Below, one piece after another: positions 21,850 to 32,677 of a stretch of DNA of 64,000 nt. The notes under the pieces were generated by a model that saw only the letters and a list, made by a program, of their open reading frames with translations, was not told the DNA's origin and ran no database searches. Made by a program: the position numbers and the translations under genes. Each line of letters begins with the position of its first letter. Position 1 is the stretch's first letter. Source of the stretch: Caecitellus pseudoparvulus (Eukaryota; Protista; Bigyra: Bicosoecida); assembly GCA_965644315.1 (NCBI GenBank), contig CBFFRQ010000057.1, positions 248,001 through 312,000 of the forward strand, in the 5' to 3' direction.

Positions 21850-23585
21850 TTACATAGCCAGAGCACTCTGGACGGAGCAGTCCTCGCGGGTGTACCCAGC
21901 GAAGCACTGACACAGACCAGTGGCGTAGTCACACAGACCACGGTTGGAGCAAGGCGAGTTCTCCTGGTTGCCGTTCGCGTTGGTGCCGGCTGCAGCACCA
22001 GAAGAGGCGGTGTAAATGGTGCTTGCAACCTGGTAGCCGCCACCAGAGAAAGTCATGCCCAGCAGAGGGCTTGGGTCGGTGAGGCTCTTAGTGCTTGGAT
22101 CAGCGTCAGCGAAGGTGAGGCCGATGGCCTCAGCTCGATCGACATCATCCTTGGAGTCGCCAATGGACACCATGACAGGTTGGAAGCCAGACACATCACC
22201 CTGAGGGCCGTTGGTGAAGTCAATCTTGAACATGATGGCGGCATCGTCGGTGGCGTGCAGGGCCAGGGGGGTCGTGCACTCCTCGTGTGCAGGCAGTGCA
22301 GTGGGGGTGGTGCCGCCCACGTTCACTCCCATGCCCTCGCAGGTGACAGTCACGCCGTTCAGGACGCCATTGGGGAAGGACTCGATGGCATCCTGCAGGA
22401 GCTCAGCGTAGTCGTCGCCGGTCAGGCCCACCTTCAGGGTGAACGTCTCAGAGCGGAGGGTGCTCAGCAAGCCGCTGTACTCCTCGGAGTCCGACCACTC
22501 CAGGTAGAAGTCGGTGTCCTTGCCAGCAGTGGCCAGTGTGGTGGTGTCAGGGACACCAATGTATGCATGCTGCACCTCAGAGGTGCACTCCTCCCCACCG
22601 CAGTGCTTGGGGTCGTTGGTGAGGGGGTCGTTGCCTCGCGGGCAGTCGCGCATGGCGCAGTCGGGGCCGAAGTAGCCAGCATCGCACACGCAGGCCTGGT
22701 TCTTGTCGGCATCCCAAAGGTTATAGTCAAATGCCTCAGAGACACCAGAGGTCATGTAAGTGCCGTACTGGTAGTCCTCAATGCGGAAGTTGCGCCCGAC
22801 AGCGGAGCCATCGTGCGTTTTCTCAACGTTGGGGCCCGCGGCAATCTCGCGCAGGGTGTAGCACTGGCCGTGCCCGGAGCAGTCGTTGGGGCAGGTGGTG
22901 CGCTGGCAAGCAGAGCCAGTGTACCCATCGAAGCAGGCGCACTCGCCAAGCGCGCGGTCACAGAAGCCCTTGTTTGAGCACTCCGCATAGAAGTGGGCCT
23001 CCTGTGCCTCGGTGCCTTGCCACAGCTCCTTCAGGTTGGCGTTGCTGGCTTGTGTCAGCACAGAAGTGGCTGCCTTCAGCTCACCGTCGTGGTTCAGGTC
23101 ACCCAGGGGTGTGTCGACGAAGGACAGGCCATAGGGGCACACTCGCTGTGGTGAACGGCAGGCGTGTAGTTTTCTCACGCTTCCGCCAGGCCTGTGCTGC
23201 CGAGTGTACACACCTGAGAGCAGTCTCCACCCATCCAGTTGTCAAAGCACTCGCAAGCGTCTTTCGTCCCGCAAGTCTGCAAGTTCGTGAGGTGCAGGGG
23301 GTCCCGTGAGGCAGCAGTTGAGGCTCTCGGCGTAGGGCGCGTTTCAGCGGAAAAGGAAACGCAGGAGGCACCAGGGCCGCGCAAACAGCAGCATCACTTA
23401 CGCCATGGCCGGAGCACCCGTTGGGGCATTCTGCCATGACCACTGCAGCAGCAGCGGCGGCCAGGATGACCGCAAAAGTCTGCGAACGGCGGGGGGCGTG
23501 CTTCGGTTTGCTGGTGCAGTGCAGTATCTTGACTCGGGCGTGCACCGGGCAAATGTAGGCGCCTGCTGCGAGCTCTCACCTTCAT
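21850..23585 (-). CDS. Tubular mastigoneme (flagellar hair) protein, Ocm1/Sig1 family
   Basis: Exons read MK|TFAVILAAAAAAVVMAECPNGCSGHG|TCGTKDACECFDNWMGGDCSQ|RVCPYGLSFVDTPLGDLNHDG. Signal peptide, EGF-like repeats (EAHFYAECSNKGFCDR, CPNDCSGHG, WDADKNQACVCD, CPRGNDPLT) and C-terminal CSNRGLCDYATGLCQCFAGYT...QSALAM. Confidence 0.92.
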
Positions 23586-23978
23586 GATGCAGACGTGTTG
23601 AAAGGCAAGCAACAACACTGAGGCGATCGCTGGGAAGTGAAACTGGGTGCTGATGATTTTGCTCGAGCGCCACGATTGGCACGCAGTCACTGCACAGCGG
23701 AGCGGGCGCGCCTGAACACAACGAGGCACAAGCAGCAGCCGTACTTCATCCATCGAGCAGAAGAGCAAGGCTGCAGCTGGCCCTTGGTTTGACTTACGTT
23801 GGGACGAGCTCAAACTGTGCGACTCCAGCGTGCCAACTAAGGTAGGACAGCGGCGATACATACGCACACGGCTCACACAACCAATCCCAACCAAAACCAC
23901 TTGCTTACGTGGGCGTGTGAACTGCTCACTGCTCTTCAAGGCGCCTCGACCGCTGTGTGGCTGACGCAAACCAGCACC
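23586..23978. promoter_or_regulatory. Putative bidirectional promoter (mastigoneme / PSMA7)
   Basis: 393-bp spacer between divergent starts. Confidence 0.45.
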
Positions 23979-25034
23979 ATGTCCAGGTGAGGCACAGGGC
24001 ACGTTGGCGGCAGCTTCCCCCAATGCTGCGCCCTTCACGCCGCCCGCAACGCTGCCCATATCCTCAGATACGACCGTTCCATCACGGTTTTCTCGCCAGA
24101 TGGGCGGCTGCAGCAGGTGGAGTATGCCATGCAGGCAGTAGAGAAAGTGCGTTGCGAGGCGAAACGCCAGCACCGATGCCTCGCCACGCCGATGGCTCTT
24201 TGTGTTCGCAGGGAGGAGCCGTTGTCGGTGTGAAGGGTGATGACGCCGTCGTTTTGGCAGTGGAGCGGCGTGATGTTCCCGAATTGCAGGTGCGTGCGCG
24301 CTCAGCATGGTACTGACGGGGTCTGCTACCTCCCTGGCGTGGCTCTGGCTGTGGTGCACACTCTGCCCCACGCATCTCCCTTGCAGGACCCACGCACCCT
24401 GCGAAAGGTGGTCACCCTGGACAAGCACATCGCCTTGGCCTTTGCTGGCTTGAATGCTGATGCCCGTGTGTTGGTCGACATGGTAAGATTCTCGTGGTCG
24501 CGCAGGTTACTTGACGCACACGTGCGCCTTCGCAACCCTCCGCAGGCCCGCGTGGAGGCACAGAGCCACCGCTTGACGCTGGAAGACGCGCCCACAGTGG
24601 AGTACATGGCGCGGCACATTGCTAAGCTGCAGCAGCAGTACACACAGCGGGGTGGCCGTCGGCCCTTTGGCCTGTCTACCCTGCTTGCTGGCTTTGACGC
24701 TGACGGCAGCCCCCGCCTGTGGTCCACCGACCCCTCTGGCATTCACACGGGCTGGTCAGCGAACGCCATTGGGCGTAGCTACAAGAGCCTGCGTGAGTAC
24801 TTGGAGGCGCACTACAAGGCAGGCTTGAAGCAGCAAGAGGCAGTGAAGCTGGCGCTGTCTACGCTCCTGGAGGTGGTCACTGCCTCCGCAGCCGGCGTGG
24901 AGGTGCTGGTCGCCACTGCAGAGGGGCACTCCAAGCTGGAGGGGGCAGATTTGGAGGCCCTCATCAAGGAGATTGAGGCAGAGAAGGCGGAGGCAGAGGA
25001 AGGCGCTGCTGGCGCCGCTGCCTCCAGCACCTGA
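23979..25034 (+). CDS. PSMA7: 20S proteasome subunit alpha-4 (PSMA7/Pre6)
   Basis: Four introns join MSR|YDRSITVFSPDG...VEYA...K|GGAVVGVKG...LQ|DPRTLRK...FAGLNADARVL..|ARVEAQSHRLT...YTQRGGRRPFG. Confidence 0.96.
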
Positions 25035-25190
25035 AGCGCCCGGCCCTTGGAATGTACTTGCAATTGCCGCAGCAGTCAAAACCGTCCACCCGTGCACTGT
25101 GAGAGCGTACATCGCATGCACACGCGTGAGAGAACAGCACACGCCTCAGAGTGTTGTCACGGTCCCCGCTTCTTTCCAGCCCGGTCAGGC

Positions 25191-26352
25191 ATGGCTGCCG
25201 CCACTGTGCGTGTCTGCGCCCTTCACAACCTCAGCGCCAGACTTGAAATTCCGCACTTCTTCCCTGCACAGGTGAACCTGTCCAAGCTGTCTGTGCGTGG
25301 TGCAGGGCGCGCGTTGGTGGGGCGACTGCCCATACACTATGTCATATCCTCCCTCTCTCTGCAGGAGGCATCGCTGCAGGCTTACGTCGAGGTGCATGGT
25401 CTGGACGTTCGCCGTGATGCCAGTGTCGCTGAGCTCACCAGCGCTGTTGCACAGTGAGTTCTGCGCCTTGTGTGGCCTGCTTTGCACTCGCAGGCACACA
25501 AGCCTGCTCCTCCACTTGCTTTCTCACACAGGCACTTTGAGTACGTGCTCACTGTCGATGAAGACCATGTTCTCGCTCGGTTCGTCAACGTGGTGCGTGC
25601 CTCGGCGTTGACGGGTGAAACGCTGGGACAGCCAACCTTGCAGCATGGCCAACCTTCCCCCGCAGGCCAAGCGCGGACCAGATGACCGTAGCAGAGCGGC
25701 TGCCACACGTGTTTCCACTGACCCTGCTGGGCGCAAGCGTCGGCGGGGTGGACTCCCTGAGCCGTCTGACGCAGATGTCGGCTCGTACAGCGCAGACATG
25801 TACGCCCGAAGCATCGAAGCGGAGGAGGCCCAACATGCGGCCAAGGCACGAGCCATGGGGCAGGCACCTGCCCAAAGCAGCTACATGTACGACATGCAGG
25901 CCAACCAGCACATGCTGGCACAGCAGCGGGCCCACTGGCAGCAGACGGGCCAAGCAGCCTTCGCACACCCACATGCCGCAATGCTTGGTTCAGCCAGCAC
26001 AGGCCAGCACAGCACCCCCCAAGCACACCCCCAAGCCTCGCCTGTCACATCAGAGACAGAGCGAGACCAGGACAACACCCCCTACTGCTTGTGCCAGCGC
26101 CCCTCGTACGGCAACATGATCGGGTGCGACTGCGGCGACTGCCCCTTCGCCTGGTTCCACGCGCCCTGTGTGAACGTGCCAGAGGGCCAGGATGTGTCTG
26201 GCAAGTGGTACTGCCCAGAGTGCCGTGCAGAGCCCGCAGATCACACGCGGTGTGCCTCCGCCAAGGTGCGCAAGCAGCGCAAGCAGGACAGGCTGGCTGG
26301 TAGACGCCAGCCCGGCGGCGAGGAGTTTGCAGCCTTCATTCAGCAGTTCTAA
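25191..26352 (+). CDS. SAP30 Sin3-binding domain fused to an ING-type PHD finger
   Basis: Exons at 25191-25205, 25272-25292, 25365-25453, 25532-25592 and 25666-26352, all GT-AG and phase-consistent. Reads VNLSKLSEASLQAYVEVHGLDVRRDASVAELTSAVAQHFEYVLTVDEDHVLARF, then YCLCQRPSYGNMIGCD...WFHAPCV...KWYCPEC. Confidence 0.82.
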
Positions 26353-26486
26353 GGGGGCAGCAGCTTTCACTCAGCAAAATCCACATTCGTATCTTTTAAT
26401 GTGGCTAGAAGCCCACCTGAACCGCCTTCGTGCTGTGCAGCTCTGGGGCCCTGCGTCGTCTTTGCAGGGCCACCTGGCGTGGACGA

Positions 26487-26497
26487 GCGATTTCCGC
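26487..26497. promoter_or_regulatory. Start-proximal motif GCRATTTCCGC (one of five exact copies)
   Basis: Other copies at 13532-13542, 21585-21595, 31921-31931 and, reverse-complemented, 50108-50118. Each lies within about 100 nt of a predicted ATG. Confidence 0.45.
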
Positions 26498-26572
26498 AGC
26501 ACCTTCGACGTCGACGGAGCGACGTGTGCCTGCGGGACGATGCCTGCTCACTGGCAGTCCCGATCCCATACC

Positions 26573-29500
26573 ATGGGGCAAGGGAGTGTACCGAGGTGTG
26601 CCTCAGTGGCCTGGCTGTGCCTCCTGCTGTCTGCCCTCGCAGCCAGCTCGCACCCTGAAGTGCAGCTGCCTGCGCACGTGGCGTGGCACCGCCGGGAGGC
26701 GGCGCGCGGGGCAGTGCGCAAAGCGTATGGCGCGTACATGAACCACGCCTATCCTGCTGATGAGCTGAAACCGCTGTCGTGCTCCCCTCGCAATTGGAAC
26801 CGCAAGTCGCGGGGCACTCTGGACGATGTCTTGGGCGGGTACCACCTCACAGCGGTGGACAGCTTGAGCACCTTGGCTGCCGTGGGAGACTATGCTGAGT
26901 TTCACGCGGCAGCCCAACGTGTGGCAGCGAATGTCACCTTTGACAGGGCTGTCGTGGTGAGCGTCTTTGAGGCCAACATCCGTGTCCTTGGCGGGTTGCT
27001 GAGTGCTCACTTGCTCAGCGCTCATCCAGTCTTCGGCGCCTTGTTGTACCCTGGCTACGCCGGGCAGCTGCTACACAAGGCGAAAGACCTGGGAGAGCGC
27101 CTACTTCCCGCCTTCGACACGCCCACAGGTATTCCGTACCACCTGGTGCACCTGCAGCAGGGCATCACCCCTGCCATTCGCAAAGACAGCCAGACCTGCA
27201 CTGCTGCAGGCGGCACGTTCCTCCTCGAATTTACGCTGCTGTCAGCTGCCACGGGGGACCCTCGATTCCTTGAAGCGGCATCACGTGCTGATGACAGCCT
27301 CTGGCGGCGCCGAGATCCCACGACGGGGCTGGTGGGTGGCAATGTGGATGTGAACACGGGGGCGTGGCTAACGGGCCACACGGGGGTAGGGGCAGGGGTG
27401 GACTCGTACTACGAGAACCTGCTCAAGGCACACGTGCTAACGGGGGAGCCCTCCTGGCTGGCCCGCTGGCGCGCCGTGGAGGCGTCTGTGGCGGCGCACA
27501 TGCGGCACGCTCTGGACGTCCCTGGCGCTGGCGCCAGCTCCCGCCCCGCGCACTGGCTTCCGGACGACTTCGACGACGCACACGTGCACGTGGAGGTGTC
27601 CAGAGTCAAGGGCCGGTCTTCGCCGCACATTCCCACTGTGTCTGCCCTGCAGGCCTTCTGGCCGGGCCTGGCTGTCCTGGACGGCGACGTGGCTCAAGCG
27701 CGCGCTGGCTTCCGAGCGCTCTTCGCCGTCTGGCGCAAGTACAAGGCACTGCCGGAGGTGTGGGACATCAGCAGCCGACGGCCACTCGGCTTTGCAAAGC
27801 ACGCCCCGCTGCGCCCCGAGCTCATGGAGAGTGCTTACCACTTGTTCTGTGCGACTGGAGAGGGGGCATTTTTGGAGGCGGCTTGGGACATGCTGACTTC
27901 CCTGCTGGACACCAACGCTGTCGCCTGTGGCTTTGCCAGCACCGCCGACGTGACGACGGGGCGTCTTGACGACCGCATGGACTCCTTCTTCATTGCAGAG
28001 ACTCTGAAATATGCCTTCATGGTATTCGACGAAGCGCTGACGTCAGGGAGAGGCCTGGCTGCGGCCGCGCCGGCCACTTCCCACAGCGAGCTGGGCAGGG
28101 CCATTGCCGCAGCACTCACGGAGCACGCTCATGGGCACGACGCTCTGCCGTCCACATCCGCCGCGAAAGCCGCGCTCACGACGTGGCGGGGCATGTATGG
28201 TGGCTCGTACCCTGTACTTGCCGCTGCGGCCTCCTCATTGCTCACAACACATGCCACGCTGAGAGGTTTCCATGCTACAGAGCTGGGAGCCGAGCAGCTC
28301 GCCCAGTCCCTGGATCCGCATGGCACCGGGCAAGTGGCTGCTGCAGTTCTCCAGCCGGCGCACCAGGCCCTGCGAGACGCTTGTGGGCAGGAAGGCGAGC
28401 GGACGCAGACCCCCCCGCCCCGCTCGTCAAGTGAACCAGCAGCAGCATGGCGTGGGCTGGCTTGCCAGCTATTGCTACCCCCGCAAGTGCTTGCTGGACT
28501 AGCTGTGCAGCACGCACTTGCCCTGACAGTGCGCGGCCCACTCTCCAGTGCCGGCGAGCACACGCACTCACTTGCACAGACGGGGGGACAAGCCGTGCCC
28601 ACCACCCTGGTGAATGGCACCACTGCATTGGAAGAGCCAGCTTTGCTCAAGGCTGGCGTGGGTCCATCTGGGCTATTACTCCCTGCCTCTGCAGCCCTGC
28701 CACTACCGCCTGAAACGACGCTGTTCACAACGGAGGCGCACATGATCCCTCTAGCTCCTTCCCCGCTGTACCCGTACCAGCTCCCCAGCCAGGATCCCCG
28801 GGCGACCTGGGCACCCTCCACGTCACATCCAGCCCCCTTTTCTCCAGCCAGCGATGGAGGGCTTGCAGGGCGTGATGGCGGTCTCGCAGAGGTGAAGGCT
28901 GACGGCGACGTAGCGCCAGTGACCGGTGGATTGATGGCGCACGTCATGCAGCTCCTCTCCCTGAAGAAGCCACGCCAGCATGTACAGACCAGCCTGCATG
29001 TCCAAGGTAATGTGACTAGCACGTTGCTGCAAGGGCACTTCAACGGTGCGCCGTCCCGGGCTGTGTGTCGTGTCTTGGACACCGTCACAGCGAACGCCCC
29101 ACAAGCTGCCCCACCGCCTGAAGGCATCACAGTCGGCTCGCAGCTAGAACATGCCGCCTTACAACATCACGGCCACACTGACCGCGCAGTACTCGTGCAT
29201 GGCGCCCTTACTTCGAAAGCTTTTGCGGCAGGACTGCAGGCGTCACTATCAGCCGCCAGGTCGGCGCCCTCCCCTGCGACAGCCCCACCAACAACAGAAG
29301 AAGGAGCCAATCCGAACCCCCCACCTGGCGCAAAGGAGCCGGTCAGCGACTTGATGATGCACCTGTCGCTGTCATGCCCAACTGGTGGGCCGCTGCGCGC
29401 CGTGCCATACGACATGCCGGAAGACTGTGGCTGGCGCGTGAACACGTGGCGCACAGATCAGCTAGGGTCCCCTGCCCGCCTGCTTTCCGCCATGCAGGCG

Positions 29501-30823
29501 CAACATGTGGTCAGCCATGGTGTTTCTCAGGTCCGCATGCTGTGCTCCCCTGGTGGCGACATGCAGTGCCAGCTGTCTGCTGACTTAGTTGGCGGCTCGT
29601 CGCTTGCAGTGACCGCCGCCTGGTCTGAAGGCAGTGCGACCAGGTGGGTGACATCCCTGGCTGCCGGGGCTGAGTTTGGCCCAGAGCTCACACCCCTCGG
29701 ACTCAGGGGCGCTGCCATTGGCTTGGTATCCCCACTGAACGCTTGCACTTCGCACGCGCCTGATCCATCGGCTGGGCTCGGCACGACGCCTCTTCGCATT
29801 GCTGTGCCATTGGAGGTGGCCCATGCAGGTAGGCACAGCTCCCGCATCCACACGGGGAAGTGGACACGGCCTGTCATCGCAGTAGTTGCGCGTGGTGGCT
29901 GCAGCTTTGCCACCAAGGCACGGGCGGTCCAGGCGGCGGGTGCAGCAGCTATGCTCGTGCTTTCACAGCATGACGACAACCAGCCCCTGAGCCTGATGTC
30001 CATTGGGCCGGAGGATGTGCGCCCTCGCGTGGCAGCCTCTGACACCGCACGGGGCGATTTGCATTCCGCTCAGTATGACCATGGTCGGATGAGCGCTGGC
30101 GTCGTCATTCCGTCTTTCTTGCTCTCCCCGTCACAACCTGGGCAGGTCGAGTTGCTCGCTGCCATACTTGGGTACGGCCGGGCTGCCTCACGTCCTAGCC
30201 AGACATTGGAAGGTGATTCAGTATCTCCCCCGACGGAGACGTACTTGTGGGAAGCGGTGTTCACTGCTGGGATGCCATACCTCAAGCCAGAGCGAGAGGT
30301 AGGGGGTGGGTGGGTGCGGGGGAAGCAGGCGCAGCCCAGCGTGACGCGCAGCAAGGCGTCCCAGAAGTCTGTGGTGCATTCCTGGGACGCGCTGTGGGCG
30401 GCGGGCGCAGCTGGGCACAAAGAACACCACAGGTTCACACTGTGGCCGTGGGCAACCCACAGTGCAGCCGGCTGCACTCACTGCCCTGCTCCTCAAACAG
30501 ATGGGGCGTCACCAGTGAGCCCTGCTCTGTTCGTGCGCAACCCCGCGTGGGCCTTGTGGACTGCGCACGGCCGCAGCAGTGTTGGAGAAGACTTGAGTGG
30601 GGACAAGACCTTGCCAGTGCTGGCAGGCCCTGGAGACATCCCAACCGCCAGCTTGAGGCAGGGTGCTGCTGGCACACTTCAGGAAGGCGGCTCTGGGGCT
30701 GTCTTTGCCGAGTCTGCCGCTGCCGCTGTGGAATCTGCGCTGCAGGTACTCTCAGATGGCAAGGCAGCTATTCGAGCCCAGCCCCTCAACGTACTGCCGC
30801 TCCCTCCCCCCTTGCCAGAGTAG
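26573..30823 (+). CDS. EDEM: EDEM3-like GH47 alpha-1,2-mannosidase with PA domain
   Basis: Signal peptide; motifs HAYPADELKPLSC, VFEANIRVLGGLLSAH, GAGVDSYYE, PLRPELMESAY, MDSFFIAETLKY and LFTTEAH. PA domain VARGGCSFATKARAVQAAGA. The start could instead be the ATG at 26540. Confidence 0.9.
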   Translation: MGQGSVPRCASVAWLCLLLSALAASSHPEVQLPAHVAWHRREAARGAVRKAYGAYMNHAYPADELKPLSCSPRNWNRKSRGTLDDVLGGYHLTAVDSLSTLAAVGDYAEFHAAAQRVAANVTFDRAVVVSVFEANIRVLGGLLSAHLLSAHPVFGALLYPGYAGQLLHKAKDLGERLLPAFDTPTGIPYHLVHLQQGITPAIRKDSQTCTAAGGTFLLEFTLLSAATGDPRFLEAASRADDSLWRRRDPTTGLVGGNVDVNTGAWLTGHTGVGAGVDSYYENLLKAHVLTGEPSWLARWRAVEASVAAHMRHALDVPGAGASSRPAHWLPDDFDDAHVHVEVSRVKGRSSPHIPTVSALQAFWPGLAVLDGDVAQARAGFRALFAVWRKYKALPEVWDISSRRPLGFAKHAPLRPELMESAYHLFCATGEGAFLEAAWDMLTSLLDTNAVACGFASTADVTTGRLDDRMDSFFIAETLKYAFMVFDEALTSGRGLAAAAPATSHSELGRAIAAALTEHAHGHDALPSTSAAKAALTTWRGMYGGSYPVLAAAASSLLTTHATLRGFHATELGAEQLAQSLDPHGTGQVAAAVLQPAHQALRDACGQEGERTQTPPPRSSSEPAAAWRGLACQLLLPPQVLAGLAVQHALALTVRGPLSSAGEHTHSLAQTGGQAVPTTLVNGTTALEEPALLKAGVGPSGLLLPASAALPLPPETTLFTTEAHMIPLAPSPLYPYQLPSQDPRATWAPSTSHPAPFSPASDGGLAGRDGGLAEVKADGDVAPVTGGLMAHVMQLLSLKKPRQHVQTSLHVQGNVTSTLLQGHFNGAPSRAVCRVLDTVTANAPQAAPPPEGITVGSQLEHAALQHHGHTDRAVLVHGALTSKAFAAGLQASLSAARSAPSPATAPPTTEEGANPNPPPGAKEPVSDLMMHLSLSCPTGGPLRAVPYDMPEDCGWRVNTWRTDQLGSPARLLSAMQAQHVVSHGVSQVRMLCSPGGDMQCQLSADLVGGSSLAVTAAWSEGSATRWVTSLAAGAEFGPELTPLGLRGAAIGLVSPLNACTSHAPDPSAGLGTTPLRIAVPLEVAHAGRHSSRIHTGKWTRPVIAVVARGGCSFATKARAVQAAGAAAMLVLSQHDDNQPLSLMSIGPEDVRPRVAASDTARGDLHSAQYDHGRMSAGVVIPSFLLSPSQPGQVELLAAILGYGRAASRPSQTLEGDSVSPPTETYLWEAVFTAGMPYLKPEREVGGGWVRGKQAQPSVTRSKASQKSVVHSWDALWAAGAAGHKEHHRFTLWPWATHSAAGCTHCPAPQTDGASPVSPALFVRNPAWALWTAHGRSSVGEDLSGDKTLPVLAGPGDIPTASLRQGAAGTLQEGGSGAVFAESAAAAVESALQVLSDGKAAIRAQPLNVLPLPPPLPE

Positions 30824-31914
30824 CGAGCTGCTCAAGCGCGCGCTTTGCAGCCTGGCGTGCTGGCGTGTACGCCCACACAGCCGCTACTGAGGCCATCACT
30901 GCGCCGCCTGCAAGCAGCCACCACACTTCTGGAGGTAGTTGGGACTTATGCACGCTCTCTGCGTCGCCGTCTGCCACGGCAGTCTTGGCTGAGTGGCAGA
31001 CACAGTGGCCGGGTCGGTAAAGACCCATCTCATGTGCGGCGATGCCAGCGCAACGAGGCAGACCCCGCACCAGCATGTCGGTCCACGTGGACGCGAAAAA
31101 ATTCAGAGAAATGCTGGCTGAATCCGACACGGCCTCGTGCCACCAGTCTGCGGGGAATAGCAGGGCATCGCCTGGCCCCATCTCCACGTCCAAAACAAGC
31201 GGCACCTTGGCCAGCAGGGGGTGCCGTGCTGGGTCTGGGAACAGCAGGCTCGCGTCGGCACACACAGTGCCAGAATCGTACTTGTCGTTCACGTACAGCC
31301 AGGGGGCAGCCGACGGGTGTGCCAGGCGCACGCGTTTGCGTCCCTTCAGCACCACCAGTACGTTGTCTTCGTCATCCTGGTGCAGGCCAGTGTGGCTTCC
31401 AGGGGCGCCCAGCCAGGCATAGGGCGTCACGAAGACGTGGCTATCGGGGAAAGGGAGCTCCCCAATGTCTTCCTGTAGAAAGGGAAACATGTCCAGCAGC
31501 TCGCACTGCTTCACATAGCCGGGATGGCCGCTGCCGCTTGCAAGGCTCTTGCAGTACTGAGCCAGAGAAATGCTTCGCTTCCGAGTTGCGCTGGAGGACT
31601 CTTCCAGAGACATGGAGAGGGGCACCTGAACATCAGCACCGGGAAGACTTGCAAGGTGCTCGAAGCTCCATGAGGCTGCTCGCCACCCCCGAGCTAGTCC
31701 TGCGAAGGGAAGAACGGCTAGCGAGTGATGCGCAGGCAGCGTGATGCACAGAATTTCTGAACAAACCTCGAACAAGCAGTGGCTCCCCTCCGCTGCTGAA
31801 GACAGAGGGGGTCATCGCATTACACTGGCTGTCGCTGAAGTCTATGACACGCACGTCCCGCAGCGTGAAGGGCTGTGGAGGGCTTCCATGCCCCTGGACA
31901 CCGTTGCAGTGCAT
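30786..31914 (-). CDS. JmjC (cupin_8) 2-oxoglutarate/Fe(II) oxygenase with C-terminal hydrophobic helix
   Basis: Intron 31700-31766 joins EPLLVRG|LARGWRAASWS. Metal triad from TGLHQD and PADWWHEA, plus KGRKRVRL. Start codon uncertain. Confidence 0.85.
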
Positions 31915-32677
31915 GCACAAGCAATTTCCGCAACTGCCCCTGACTTGCTGGACGGCTGGCTCAAGGCGGCTGGCCCGAGCAAGGAAAAAGCTGGCAGAAC
32001 TGGTAAGGCGAGGTTCGTGTGGAGAGGCGTTCTTGGCGGGGTACACTTTGTGACCAGCAACGTGCTGCGAGGCTGCCACGGCGCAGCTGCCACCCCCTTT
32101 GGCGAGCAGGCACTCCTACTCGCCGCTGACACAATGCAAACAACACCAACAAGGGGCCCAGCATTCCTCCATGTGTAGATCTGCCTATCCATGGTCTGCC
32201 ACCTTTCCTGGCCTTGGGTGCTGTGCGGAATTGGGCGCCACACCCTGCTCTGAGCTTAACCTCTCCTGCGCTTCGGGTGCACGCCCAAGTGTGGGGGTGC
32301 TGTGTCTGGAGGGACTGAGACACTTGTTTTTTCTCTGAGCCTCTTTCCTCAGTTTAAAGAATCCACCTCCTGTGAGTATCAGCGCACGCCTTCCTGCCGT
32401 CGGCACGCGACCTGCTTCAACTGTCCTGGCCTTGAGAGCTCCTCAAGTTGCAACACCCCCCTGTCTTCACCACAGCTTTTAGTGCTGTGTTTTGTGCAGG
32501 GGCTAGCCGCACTGCTCGCGTTCGCCAGTCGCTGCGCCGTGGGAGTTGCTTCCAAGAGCGGCAGCGTTTCGTCCACTGGCCAGCGCAGGCACCCTGGTTG
32601 CCACCCTCGACAGCTCGCGTCCTTTGCACACAAAGGCTGCACGTAGCTGCAGGGGGTTTCCTTCAGTGGTTTTTAGC
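31915..32677. promoter_or_regulatory. Putative bidirectional promoter (JmjC / cadherin)
   Basis: Spacer between divergent genes; contains GCAATTTCCGC at 31921-31931. Confidence 0.4.

Noticed and set aside
21772-22977. 401-aa plus-strand ORF
   Set aside because: Codon-bias shadow of the mastigoneme gene.
26192-26572. N-terminal extensions in the ORF track for EDEM (also 32546 for the cadherin, 8462 for TPS, 61520 for the Munc13-like gene)
   Set aside because: They rely on GTG/TTG or intronic starts; signal peptides and splice models give better ATGs.
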